Shown: positions 1 to 9,709, counted from the first letter of the stretch. The stretch is 37,784 nucleotides of DNA from Methanobacterium sp. (GCA_003166335.1 PMWA01000103.1:1-37784), one strand, 5' to 3'. Made by a program: numbers and translations. Notes: a model not told the origin generated them from the sequence alone.

Positions 1-236
1 TAGAACATGGCTTTACCTCTGAAATATGGAAATCATATTTAATGAATGGAGTAAATGATCTTCTAAATCAATTTGATAATGAAAAAGATTGTATTTATAT
101 TCTTGAATATAATGGAATTCCGTCTGGATGTGCAGCTATAACGCATTTAGATGAGGTGTCAGCGAAATTCAGATTTTTCTTTGTTGATACCGAATTGTTA
201 TTTGTGGTTCCGCCCTGTTGTTTGATTGCTATTTGA
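1..236 (+). pseudogene. GNAT family N-acetyltransferase, 5'-partial at window edge and 3'-truncated at ~196
   Basis: Frame is open from position 3 (EHGFTSEIWKSYLMNG...DCIYILEYNGIPSGCAAI...AKFRFFFVDTEL). This matches GNAT beta-strands but ends just before the expected acetyl-CoA-binding R/QxxGxG motif and runs into unrelated sequence. Confidence 0.65.
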
Positions 237-274
237 GTTACTACCCTGTTGTTTGATTGCTATTTGAGTTACTA
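213..274. repeat. Perfect 31-bp tandem duplication (ccctgttgtttgattgctatttgagttacta x2)
   Basis: Identical copies at 213-243 and 244-274. Confidence 0.95.
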
Positions 275-1086
275 TTCTGTGTTGATTGCGTTTGTTGATT
301 TCCCGCCGATCCAGTAGATACGTTTGTATTATTTGTTATATTGGTCATATTTGTTGAATTAATGGTTTGATTTGAATTATTACCTTGGATTCCATACTCT
401 ATAGTAATGATAATTTTCACGATAAAATTATAGACTGCATTAGGGACGGAAATAATGACATTTACAATATTATTGCCGTTTGTATTATTTCCTATAAGGG
501 TTGTATTATTTCCCGTATTGCTCGTATTATTTGTTGTATTGGTTGTATTATTTCCCGTATTATTTGTTAATTGGTTCCACCAAGAACTAATAATGTTAAA
601 AATATTATTGCCTCCATTAGCAAATTTTATGGAGTTTATTATTGTATTGTAGCATGTTATATCAGATTGGGGGAGATTGGGATTGGATGATGTGACTTGT
701 AGTTGATATATATTGTTTCCCGCCCAGATGAAAGCACCTATGTAACTGTTTCCACCTGCATTATTGTTTGCTAGTGTATAGTTTTTTATGTTATAACCGT
801 TAACCGTGTTGTTTTGCAGATTATAATTAGATGATTGTACATATTGAGCTGTTACTGTGGATAGATTTACTTGTCCTGTACCGTCCGAGCTATTCATTAG
901 AATTTGCACATTCCCCAAGCCGGTTGAATTATCTACCACAGTCCAACCATCAGGATAGGTAAATGATAAATATGCATTCCTAAACTGCAAATTATCATTT
1001 GAATTCGCTCCTACAGCACTCCCTACTGTTAAGCCCACTAAACATAATATTCCAATTATTCCAAATATTAATACCTTTCCATTCAT
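241..1086 (-). CDS. Secreted/membrane-anchored PsbP-like protein with Asn/Thr-rich low-complexity tail
   Basis: N-terminal hydrophobic signal, LSFTYPDGW motif and 'YNTIINSIKF' domain end, many NxT/S sequons, GGGGA RBS upstream. Confidence 0.7.
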   Translation of the reverse strand: MNGKVLIFGIIGILCLVGLTVGSAVGANSNDNLQFRNAYLSFTYPDGWTVVDNSTGLGNVQILMNSSDGTGQVNLSTVTAQYVQSSNYNLQNNTVNGYNIKNYTLANNNAGGNSYIGAFIWAGNNIYQLQVTSSNPNLPQSDITCYNTIINSIKFANGGNNIFNIISSWWNQLTNNTGNNTTNTTNNTSNTGNNTTLIGNNTNGNNIVNVIISVPNAVYNFIVKIIITIEYGIQGNNSNQTINSTNMTNITNNTNVSTGSAGNQQTQSTQNSNSNSNQTTG

Positions 1087-1370
1087 AGCTTATCCCCTTT
1101 TTTTCCCTTTTCAAGTTTTATGAGAGTTTAATTAAATAAAATAACTATTGTTAAATTATCGATTACCATATGAAATTTATTCATTTCTCTATTATGATAA
1201 TAAATATATTATTTTATTATTAAAGTTCTTTCTAAAAAAAAATTTACATACTTAATTATGTGGAAAACACCTTCCAGAACATATTTAAAAATTTCAAAAC
1301 TATTCTAAATAAATATAAAGCATTTCATATACCCCAATTCACCTATTTAACTAGTTTTGGAGCACTTATT

Positions 1371-1418
1371 CTTGCTTGCTCGCATGATTGATCGCTTGCC
1401 TGCTCGCTCGCTTGCTTT
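1371..1418 (-). repeat. Degenerate tetranucleotide array A (12 units, CTTG/CTCG-like on +)
   Basis: cttg cttg ctcg catg attg atcg cttg cctg ctcg ctcg cttg cttt. Confidence 0.8.
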
Positions 1419-1445
1419 CATTTATAATTATTAAAGAAAATGGCG

Positions 1446-1469
1446 CAAGTAACCAGGTGAGCGAGCAGG
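1446..1469 (+). repeat. Degenerate tetranucleotide array B (CAAG/CGAG-like), inverted relative to A
   Basis: caag taac cagg tgag cgag cagg; 1459-1469 is the exact reverse complement of 1399-1409. Confidence 0.7.
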
Positions 1470-1690
1470 TGGGGTGTTTGACTATATTTTTTAAACAATT
1501 GTTTGAATTTTCTATTTTGCAAACCAATGATAATACTTTATATTATGTTTATCTTACAAATAAGTGGTTAAATGTAAGAATAATTATAGTTTTAGAATTT
1601 GTTTGAAGAATGATTTCTTGGTTTTATTAGAATAAAGTTAAATATTTAGTTTAACATTATTTTAATAGATTAGGTGTTTAGGGTGATTAT

Positions 1691-2269
1691 ATGAATTGGC
1701 TCTATAAAAACTGGGCAAAATTAAGTTTTCTACTTGCAATTATTGTTACGATATTTATTTTTGTTTTCATAAAAACTGAAAATTCAGTTCTATTTTTGAT
1801 TTGGATACAGATACCAATTTATTTATTGCATCAGTTTGAGGAACATAGATGGAATGGATTTAAAAATTATATTAATAAAAAAGTATTTAATGTCCAAAAA
1901 GGAGATTTCCCTCTAAATGATAAAAACATTTTCTGGATCAACATTCCCATTATTTGGATATTAATGCCTATTTTTGCAGGTCTATCGTCTATTAACATAA
2001 TGTTCGGCCTATGGATTCCTTTTTTTGCTGTATTTAATAGTTTAAGCCACGTGATTTTTTCTATACAAAATTGGGAATATAATCCAGGGCTCATTGTGAG
2101 TCTAATATTAGGAATTCCGGTAGGAACATATGCTTTAATAACATTCTATTCTTACATCGCTGTTTCTGCGATAATCTCTATTATATCAATCTTTTTTGCA
2201 TTATTACTACATATAATCATATTTAGTTACATAAGAATGAATTATAAAAAAACCAATATAAAAAATTAG
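1691..2269 (+). CDS. HXXEE domain membrane protein
   Basis: LLHQFEEH motif, later SH and YNPGL motifs, multiple TM helices, GGGTGA RBS. Confidence 0.85.
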   Translation: MNWLYKNWAKLSFLLAIIVTIFIFVFIKTENSVLFLIWIQIPIYLLHQFEEHRWNGFKNYINKKVFNVQKGDFPLNDKNIFWINIPIIWILMPIFAGLSSINIMFGLWIPFFAVFNSLSHVIFSIQNWEYNPGLIVSLILGIPVGTYALITFYSYIAVSAIISIISIFFALLLHIIIFSYIRMNYKKTNIKN

Positions 2270-2385
2270 TTTTACCATCCTTTAATAATGATTTAATTCA
2301 AAAATTAGAACTAAATAGATTAAGCAAGCGCGTGTTAAATTAATTCTTTGCTGTTAGGGACTTTTATAGAAGATTTGATGGATAG

Positions 2386-2413
2386 CGAGCGATCGAACAA
2401 GCGAGCAATCACG
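2386..2413 (+). repeat. Degenerate tetranucleotide array C
   Basis: cgag cgat cgaa caag cgag caat cacg; a shorter patch taagcaagcgcg lies at 2321-2332. Confidence 0.7.
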
Positions 2414-2625
2414 GGAGTAGAAATTAAGCCAGTATATTCTTGCTTTCGGGGTTAGTTGCTGGAATTTTATTTTGGAATAATATTGTATTAGATTGTTTTA
2501 GTGATATTTTTTCCATAACTTTCATTAATACTTTTATTAATAGGTGACTACATTAATAAGTGAATAAATAATAACTGAAAAAATCAATAAAAAAAGATTA
2601 TTATTTATAATGGAGTGAAAGGAAA

Positions 2626-3294
2626 ATGGAAGTAGTAGCTGGAATATATCAGATTAAAGGAGTTGCTAATGTCTATTTAGTTGTAGATGATGATATAATG
2701 CTCATAGACACCGGTTTGCCCGGTAGTTCCTCTAAAATTATCAAATATGTAAAGGAAAATTTGAAACGCAACCCACAGGATATTAAAACCATAGTGATTA
2801 CCCATCATCATTTTGACCATACCGGAAGCTTAGATAAGCTTAAAATATTATCAGGAGCTCAGGTGGCTGTTCACTCTGCGGATGCTCCGTACATCTCAGA
2901 AAATAAAAAACCGGTAGAAATGGGTTTCATGAGATATATGGTAAATTTAATCAAATTCATCTACCGAACCAAACCAGTTGAAATTGACATACTACTGAAT
3001 GATGGGGACGTGATAAATGGATATCAAGTAATCCAAACACCCGGCCACACTCCCGGAAGCATCTGTTTATACAATCCTCAAAATAAAGTATTAATTGTTG
3101 GTGATAATCTAGGATATTCTAAAGACAAGATTGTAAGTCCACCAGCCAATCTACTACCGGAACCTGAAAAATATAAAAAATCCATGAAAAAACTAGAAAA
3201 TCTGGATGTCGAAGTGATACTATCGGGACATTCCCCACCAGTAACCAATGAAGCTACTTCGAAGTTAGACGAATATTTGAAGGATATCAACTGA
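2626..3294 (+). CDS. MBL-fold metallo-hydrolase
   Basis: LIDTG, THHHFDHTG (HxHxDH), TPGHTPG, VGD, SGH motifs. Confidence 0.92.
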   Translation: MEVVAGIYQIKGVANVYLVVDDDIMLIDTGLPGSSSKIIKYVKENLKRNPQDIKTIVITHHHFDHTGSLDKLKILSGAQVAVHSADAPYISENKKPVEMGFMRYMVNLIKFIYRTKPVEIDILLNDGDVINGYQVIQTPGHTPGSICLYNPQNKVLIVGDNLGYSKDKIVSPPANLLPEPEKYKKSMKKLENLDVEVILSGHSPPVTNEATSKLDEYLKDIN

Positions 3295-3904
3295 ATTAAG
3301 ATAATGTTATATTCTCGAATGAAGAAGAATTTAAAAAAATTAAAGAAAAAAAATTTCTTTATTTCTATAAATATTTAAATCAAATATTTCATAAACACTA
3401 AATGTTGAATATTTATAAACTACTCTATTCTTATTCTAAGAATATACAATGTTAAACGGACATTTTTGACAGCTATTTAAAGTGCTTTGTGTACAAAAAA
3501 CGGTTCCAGAGTAGTTACAAATATCGTGGAATTTATGAATGGATTAACATCATGACCAATATTAATCCATTTTAAAAAAAGCCCTTACAATGCTACCTTG
3601 ATGCATACCTATACAATACAACTGAAGATTTAGAAAAAGAACTCATAAAATCTGCTAGTAAGGTACCAGTATAATCACGGCTTCCAATTTAACTTAATAT
3701 AACATTAGTTTGATTGAGAACTAAATTAATATTTAAACTTATCGATATAGAGTAATAGACAAAAATAATTTAAAAAAAAATAGATTGAAGTTAATGTTAA
3801 AATACTTCACATAGGACTATCAATATCTAAGAATAATCTTTTGAAAAAAATAAAACATGATTTTTAGAATCAAAAACTTTTTTTATTTAAACTAACTTTT
3901 TCTC

Positions 3905-4549
3905 TTATGATATGAGTTTTTGTCCCATTTGGAATGCTTTATCACATTCTTTTGGGAATTCTTCTTTTCTTGTTTTGGCTTTTGCTTCAGGATCAAATCT
4001 TTCAGTTAAATATTTTGAGTGGTCTTCGAATAGGGTTGTGTCATTTACGATGAGTGATTCAGCTTCACCAAACATCATTTCGAATAATAATTTCAGGTCT
4101 GTGGCTACTTTATCGTAATTCCAAGCATGCATCCATGATTCGTTTGAACTCATGGTGTAAATAAATCCTATTTTCAATTCACCATTAAATAGGGTTGCTG
4201 GAAAATCTTTTGTATATGCCACATAGGGGAAGATAAGTCTTTCAAGGAACATTTTTGCTTTACCAGTAATTGTTCCTATATAATTTGGTGATCCTAAGAT
4301 AATTGCATCATAATTATTTATATTATCTAGAAAAGGTGTTAAATCATCATTTAGACTGCATTTTCCATAACTTTTACCATTTAATCGTTTACATTCCAAA
4401 CAACTAATGCATCCATTATAATTTAAGTCATATAAGTGGATTAACTCGGTTTCAGCTCCCTGAGATTCTGCTCCTTCAAGTGCTTTTTTTAGTAAAGTTG
4501 CTGTATTCCATTCTTTTCTCGGACTTCCATTAAATGCAATTACCTTCAT
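3905..4549 (-). CDS. Flavodoxin-fold iron-sulfur flavoprotein / NADPH-dependent FMN reductase family
   Basis: NGSPRKEWNT FMN-binding loop, CxxCxxC...C cluster (CISCLEC...C), LGSPNY. Confidence 0.9.
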   Translation of the reverse strand: MKVIAFNGSPRKEWNTATLLKKALEGAESQGAETELIHLYDLNYNGCISCLECKRLNGKSYGKCSLNDDLTPFLDNINNYDAIILGSPNYIGTITGKAKMFLERLIFPYVAYTKDFPATLFNGELKIGFIYTMSSNESWMHAWNYDKVATDLKLLFEMMFGEAESLIVNDTTLFEDHSKYLTERFDPEAKAKTRKEEFPKECDKAFQMGQKLIS

Positions 4550-4693
4550 TTATTTACGTCTCCTACAATTTTTTTTATCTAATATTTTCTCTAGTTATTT
4601 TGTTATTCGATAAATTTATAAAATCATTTATTTAAGTATAGTAGTGGAGACTTAGTAATATTATTTCTAAAAAGTAAGTAATGGTGAATTTGT

Positions 4694-5029
4694 ATGGATA
4701 ATAAAAATAGAGATATATGCGCCCCTAAATCTGTGATTGGTATTATTGGAAATAAGTGGAATCTTCTTATTATTTGGCATCTTAAAGATCAGACTTTAAG
4801 ATTTACTGAACTTCAAAAAAGGATGTATAATGTTAATCCGAAAACTATCACCAAACATTTAAGAGACCTTGAAGAGAATAAAATCATAAAAAGAGTTGTA
4901 TATCCTGAAGTTCCACCAAAAGTTGAATACTCATTAACTGAAACTGGAATAGCATTTATCCCCATCCTTAAATCCATCCTAGAATGGGGTTCACAATATA
5001 TGGGTTTTGAATTAGATGAATATTTATAG
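4694..5029 (+). CDS. HxlR family winged-helix regulator, divergent from the flavoprotein
   Basis: N-terminal Cys, IGNKW, LRFTEL, YPEVPPKVEYSLT motifs. Confidence 0.92.
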   Translation: MDNKNRDICAPKSVIGIIGNKWNLLIIWHLKDQTLRFTELQKRMYNVNPKTITKHLRDLEENKIIKRVVYPEVPPKVEYSLTETGIAFIPILKSILEWGSQYMGFELDEYL

Positions 5030-5048
5030 TTAAGATAAATAAGTTACA

Positions 5049-5057
5049 TTTTTTTTT
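5049..5057 (+). terminator. Candidate archaeal oligo(T) terminator
   Basis: T9 run 20 nt after the HxlR stop; weak evidence in such AT-rich DNA. Confidence 0.35.
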
Positions 5058-5423
5058 AATTTTAGGTTTTTAATTTGCAGTATAATGTTTCCAATCCTCA
5101 CCCCAGAAATTGGTTAATATAGTTACGTATTTCACTCGATTCTAATGGGGTTTGAAAATTTCCAAAAAATAAAATTATTTTTGAAAATTCATGTGGAAAC
5201 AGGTGAATAAAAATCCAAGAAATCGACCCCATTAAAGCAATAATAATTGGAACTAAAACTGTTCAGTCCATTAGATCAACCTTATAACAATAAAATTTAT
5301 TAATAAAAAATAATAACATGAAATGATAGTTTGGAATCTATTCAAATTGTACCATATTATGATTAATGATAGCTTCTTTTTTTATTATTTAGTTTTTTCT
5401 AAAAAAAATTTCATTGATTCATA

Positions 5424-5497
5424 TACGCAAGAATAAGCATGCAAGCGAGTGAGGAAGCGAACGAGCAGACAAGCGAGCATGCAAGAGATTACGCAAG
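5424..5497 (+). repeat. Degenerate tetranucleotide array D (longest)
   Basis: tacg caag aa taag catg caag cgag tgag gaag cgaa cgag caga caag cgag catg caag agat tacg caag. Confidence 0.8.
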
Positions 5498-5649
5498 GGA
5501 ATATGGAAACAGAAGTAGTTAGAACTGATATAAATGAATGAATTGGTATAGGGTAAACAGTGTATATTTAACAGTGTTTAACAACTTATTTTAATTAAGC
5601 ATTGATTTATTTATGATTTAAATCAGTCTATTCTGCTTTATCTTTTCTT

Positions 5650-6162
5650 TCAAAAAGTTGTGAAAGATAATTTTTTTAGATATTTATCCTTAATAACCTG
5701 ATATTCACTTTCACTAATAGCCCCCATATACAAAAAAGATTTAGCGCCCTTTATTCTATCAAAAGGATCAGAGGTTTCTACTATTTTTTCCTTATTGATC
5801 TTGTTTTTTACGGCGTTCACAAAATTAATAGCTTCTTCTTTATTAATATCCTTAAGTACTAGTTTTTCTTTTGTTGTACCATCATTATAACTTAATTCAA
5901 CCGTTTTAAAGCGACGAACTGCAGCTAACCCTATAATGCCCCATCTAACGATGTCATGCTTACTGTAATTATCTTTCTCCTTGATTGAGATTATATCATC
6001 ATATCTTACGGATTTTATAATTTTATATTCTTGATCATGGTAAATTATAGCATCCGGTTTCATAATCATGAAAATATTATATTCACCAATAATTGTATAA
6101 AATCCTTTTTTTTCTCTATCGGCTATTGCTTCCGGCTTAATATCATTCAAATTCATCTTCAT
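5650..6162 (-). CDS. SHOCT domain protein (possible PH-like N-terminal domain)
   Basis: C-terminal DPFDRIKGAKSFLYMGAISESEYQVIKDKYL fits the SHOCT consensus (LxxGxIxxxEy/fxxxK). Confidence 0.65.
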   Translation of the reverse strand: MKMNLNDIKPEAIADREKKGFYTIIGEYNIFMIMKPDAIIYHDQEYKIIKSVRYDDIISIKEKDNYSKHDIVRWGIIGLAAVRRFKTVELSYNDGTTKEKLVLKDINKEEAINFVNAVKNKINKEKIVETSDPFDRIKGAKSFLYMGAISESEYQVIKDKYLKKLSFTTF

Positions 6163-6523
6163 TAACCATTTTTACACAATCCCTATCCTTTTTTAAATAT
6201 TCCAAAAAAACTGCACCGATTTTGTCATCTTAGAACTGATGAAAATCAATATCATTATACTTATTTGATTTCTGCATACTAATTTTTTTTTTAATTCTCA
6301 ATTGATCTTATTATTCGAGGTTAAACCTATCAATCCTAAAACAAACTCAAATTAATCAACAGAATGAATATGACCACATAAAATGAAACTGTTGATAAAA
6401 TGAAGGATGGAAGTGAAATTATACCCACAACCTTCGATAACCGTGAAAATCTATTGTTTAAGTTAGAGGAAGTCATAGATTACCTTTATAATAAAGCATT
6501 GAATGGACGGGATGGACATGTAG

Positions 6524-6876
6524 ATGTCATTAAAAATTCTAATTGTTGATAATAATGCTACAATTGCATTGAATACTCAATCATATCTAAAATCATCTGG
6601 TTATGATATCATGGATATAGTATATTCTGCAGAAGACGCTTTAAATAAAATAAATGAAAATAAACCCGATCTAGTTTTAATGAATATTAAGTTAACTGGT
6701 GAAATTAATAGTACACAAGCTACTGAAACAATAAAAAAATGGTTTAATTTACCAGTGATACTAACAAATTACAGTAAAAAAAGAGAATTTAATCACAAAT
6801 TTGTCAGAATATGATGGTATATCTTAAAAAACCATTCAGGGAAAATGAATTAAAAGAAATCATCCAAAATGCACTT
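6524..6876 (+). pseudogene. Frameshifted single-domain response regulator receiver
   Basis: KILIVDN...PDLVLMNIKL...PVILT in frame to the stop at 6814; the conserved YLKKPFRENELKEIIQNAL tail lies in another frame from 6820. Confidence 0.7.
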
Positions 6877-6933
6877 ATAAATCAGATGAATAATAAAATT
6901 TTTGAATTTTATATTTATCTTATTTATTTATTT

Positions 6934-7971
6934 TTAGTCTACAGTAATATGAACGTTGTTTTTATTGCAAATTTGAATCAAGTATTGTGAGGATAAAAAT
7001 GCACTGGATTCATTATTATTACTATTTTGCTTAAATCCTGTTTGAGTTCCCAGACTATATATTATAATTCCTAATATATTGTTTTGACTGTCTAGTACTG
7101 GACCTCCACTGTACCCGGGGGTTGCTGTTGCACTACTTTCATAGTAAATTGTGTTAAACGTGTTAGTTACCTCTGATTGTATATTACCAGATGCTGATGA
7201 TGGTGTAACTGTTGAATTTTGGTAATACTGTGTTTGTGTAGAGTTACCGGGATATCCATATAGGCGAAGACTTTCTCCATTAGTTGGTTGTTGTGAATCA
7301 ATAGATAATGCTGGTATATTATTAGCATTAACCTTTAAGAGTGCAACATCTTCATCAGTGTTTGGATCTCCCACATCTATCAAATTAGCATCTAAAAAAT
7401 TAGTGGTGGATGGAAGTTTAACTTTAACATCTTGTTGATATGAATCTGCTTTTATCAGATTCTCCTGGTTTAACAATTCTACTATAGTACTAATATTATT
7501 AGTATTCATCTGAAAATTAGAATTAATTGTATTATTATTAAGTAATTCCTCACCTAATTGAGGATCATCCTGGGATATATAACTAGTTACAGCAGCATCC
7601 TCCACATAATTCAGTACATCATTACTATTCATTACTTCCAGTTGATCATTTTCAATTGCAGAAGGATCTCCTATTACATGAAATGCTGTTATGATATAAC
7701 CATTATTTGAAACAATAACTCCAGAACCACTATCAAGAGGATCATAATCTACATTAATATTAACCGTTTTCCCTTGGAATGGATCTGTTAATGTAACTAC
7801 TCCTGATACTCCATTTTGTACATAAACAGTTGAACTAGCAGCTTGAGTTGAGTAAGCTACATCATGGGAAAATGGAGAAAATCCAATTAAATTTTCAGCA
7901 ATAATTAACCCAGAAATCGTTAATATAAATAATGCAAAGACAAACATTAAAAAAGTTTTAATTAAACCCAT
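6934..7971 (-). CDS. Membrane-anchored trypsin-like (S1C-type) serine peptidase without PDZ
   Basis: GSGVIV, TAFHV (His), DVALLKV (Asp), PGYSGGP (Ser); N-terminal TM helix. Confidence 0.88.
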   Translation of the reverse strand: MGLIKTFLMFVFALFILTISGLIIAENLIGFSPFSHDVAYSTQAASSTVYVQNGVSGVVTLTDPFQGKTVNINVDYDPLDSGSGVIVSNNGYIITAFHVIGDPSAIENDQLEVMNSNDVLNYVEDAAVTSYISQDDPQLGEELLNNNTINSNFQMNTNNISTIVELLNQENLIKADSYQQDVKVKLPSTTNFLDANLIDVGDPNTDEDVALLKVNANNIPALSIDSQQPTNGESLRLYGYPGNSTQTQYYQNSTVTPSSASGNIQSEVTNTFNTIYYESSATATPGYSGGPVLDSQNNILGIIIYSLGTQTGFKQNSNNNESSAFLSSQYLIQICNKNNVHITVD

Positions 7972-8050
7972 CGTTTGATCCTACCACTTCAGATATCCTA
8001 AAATAAATTTTTATAGATATTTCATTATAAAATATTTTTTTTATAAATAT

Positions 8051-8296
8051 TTAATATGAAGAATTAGTTTTAATATAGTATATATAGACTATATATAGTA
8101 TTACAGCAAGTATGACTAGTAATATTATAATTGAAGCTCCTATAGCATATACTCCATGCAATCCAAGCCTGCTAAACAGTAGTATGAATCCTAGCTTCCC
8201 AAAAATCCCAGTACGTCCAAAACCTCCAAAACCCCCAATTCTACCGAATCCTCCAATACCTCCTATTGCAAGTTTGATTGTGGTTATACTTATCAT
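8051..8296 (-). CDS. Small Gly-rich membrane protein
   Basis: GAGGTGA RBS upstream, GGxG repeats, C-terminal hydrophobic helix, co-oriented with the protease. Confidence 0.6.
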   Translation of the reverse strand: MISITTIKLAIGGIGGFGRIGGFGGFGRTGIFGKLGFILLFSRLGLHGVYAIGASIIILLVILAVILYIVYIYYIKTNSSY

Positions 8297-8479
8297 AAAA
8301 ATATGTCACCTCAAATTTTCTTAAAAGGAAATACTTATTTTTTTTTATTCTAAAAAAATATTATTTTAATAGCTAAAAAAAATTTAAAATAAGTTCAAAA
8401 AAAGTATTTATAAAATTTATTTTAAATTAACTAATTTTAATGGAAAATAATTAAATAGAGTTATAATGAAGAATAAAAG

Positions 8480-8983
8480 TTATTTTCCAGGTGCAATGTT
8501 GTGTAAGGGTGTTTTAAGAGTTATAGAATTATCTGTTGAATTTTGTAATGCAACACTGAAACCAGGTTCAGCACCAATCACTATTGTTTCTTTACCATTT
8601 TCTTTAGTTTTATTTATTAATGGTAAAAAATCAGCATTACGTGTCATTAACGCTATAATATCAATATTAGGATTGTATATTAATTCCATAGCTTCCATAG
8701 CTAAGTGCACATCAGTATCTCCAGCTACTACTATTGGGGTGAATCCTTGATTCACTATGGCTTCTATTAACTTATCAGAAGCATACTGATTCAATAATAC
8801 TTTACCAACCCGCATTTTCCCGAGTTCATCTAATATTTCTTTTACTGATTCTAAATCAAGGTTGAATTCTTTCCGGAGCATGTTAGGCCCATCCACTAAT
8901 AATCCAATGTTTTTAACAGTAGATTCTCTTCTTTTAAGTGGAAAATATTCTTTAAAAGAGATTAATTTTTCATAATTACGCAT
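8480..8983 (-). CDS. TIGR00288 family NYN domain protein
   Basis: [40 protein letters not shown] motifs; GAGGGAG RBS. Confidence 0.88.
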   Translation of the reverse strand: MRNYEKLISFKEYFPLKRRESTVKNIGLLVDGPNMLRKEFNLDLESVKEILDELGKMRVGKVLLNQYASDKLIEAIVNQGFTPIVVAGDTDVHLAMEAMELIYNPNIDIIALMTRNADFLPLINKTKENGKETIVIGAEPGFSVALQNSTDNSITLKTPLHNIAPGK

Positions 8984-9301
8984 TTTTTTGTCTCCCTCAA
9001 AAATAATATTTATATATATTATGTGGGATGTGAAGTTTTTATTTATATAATATTTATATGTTATATTTATTATTTTGAGTATTTAGATTTATTCTTAATA
9101 ATTAATATTTTTTTAATGTTTAAATTAGTTTTGCCAAATTTATATCCAAATCAACAAAATTTTTTATATTGATTTATCAAAAAAAACTTTAAAGTATTTT
9201 TTAAAAAAATTTTTTTGGAGAATATATAAAATAAATATAGGGATGAGGGGATTTTTATATAATAAATTTTATATAATCCTCCACAAATTAGAATATTAAA
9301 T

Positions 9302-9709
9302 TTAAAGTAATGATTTTATTTGCTGACGTAAATCTTTGATTTCATTTCTAAGATTTTTATTATCACTTCTAAGATTGATCATTTTCGCTCTGTTTTGATT
9401 GATTTGCGTTTGAATCGTTGTATTATTCCCTGTAGTGTTTAATTGTTTTTTCAGATTTTTATTTTGTGTAAATAAACTAAGCATCTGTTTTCTGTTCTGC
9501 TGTATTTGATTTCTTAAACTTTTTATTTGATCTCTTAAAGAATTTATTTCATTTTTAACACCCTGAGACAGTTGCTGTTCTTTTCCCTGGATTTGCTGAT
9601 TAAGAGTTGAATTTGTAGTTGTAGTGGTGTTATTTGCACTAGCAGCATATATAGGTGTAGTTCCTATTACCATTGCAAAAACCACTAGTAATGTGAGCTT
9701 TTTCATCAT
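9302..9709 (-). CDS. Secreted coiled-coil protein of unknown function
   Basis: GGAGG RBS favours the start MMKK at 9709; signal peptide followed by Gln/Asn-rich heptads with repeated IKSLR/LRxQI units. Confidence 0.7.
   Translation of the reverse strand: MMKKLTLLVVFAMVIGTTPIYAASANNTTTTTNSTLNQQIQGKEQQLSQGVKNEINSLRDQIKSLRNQIQQNRKQMLSLFTQNKNLKKQLNTTGNNTTIQTQINQNRAKMINLRSDNKNLRNEIKDLRQQIKSLL

Noticed and set aside
385..652. Short + strand ORFs (385-570, 455-652) and the other small antisense or nested ORFs in the track (e.g. 1867-2094, 8112-8324, 14892-15350, 20583-21026, 25118-25675, 26964-27380)
   Set aside because: Shadows of well-supported genes; no recognisable motifs or RBS
1388..1606. 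72-aa ORF starting within array A
   Set aside because: Its N-terminus is just the translation of the 4-nt repeat; TTG start without RBS; no family motif
3490..3690. Coding-like composition between the MBL and flavoprotein genes
   Set aside because: Only short broken frames that I could not assign to any family
5100..5285. Possible minus-strand membrane-protein remnant (VLVPIIIALMGSISWIFY)
   Set aside because: Too short, interrupted by stops, no family evidence
1371..5497. Arrays as CRISPR repeats or integron attC sites
   Set aside because: No identical repeats with regular spacers, no RYYYAAC/GTTRRRY boundaries, and no cas or integrase gene in the window
9245..9282. Imperfect inverted repeat downstream of the coiled-coil gene
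   Set aside because: Mostly AT pairing with bulges; expected by chance at this composition
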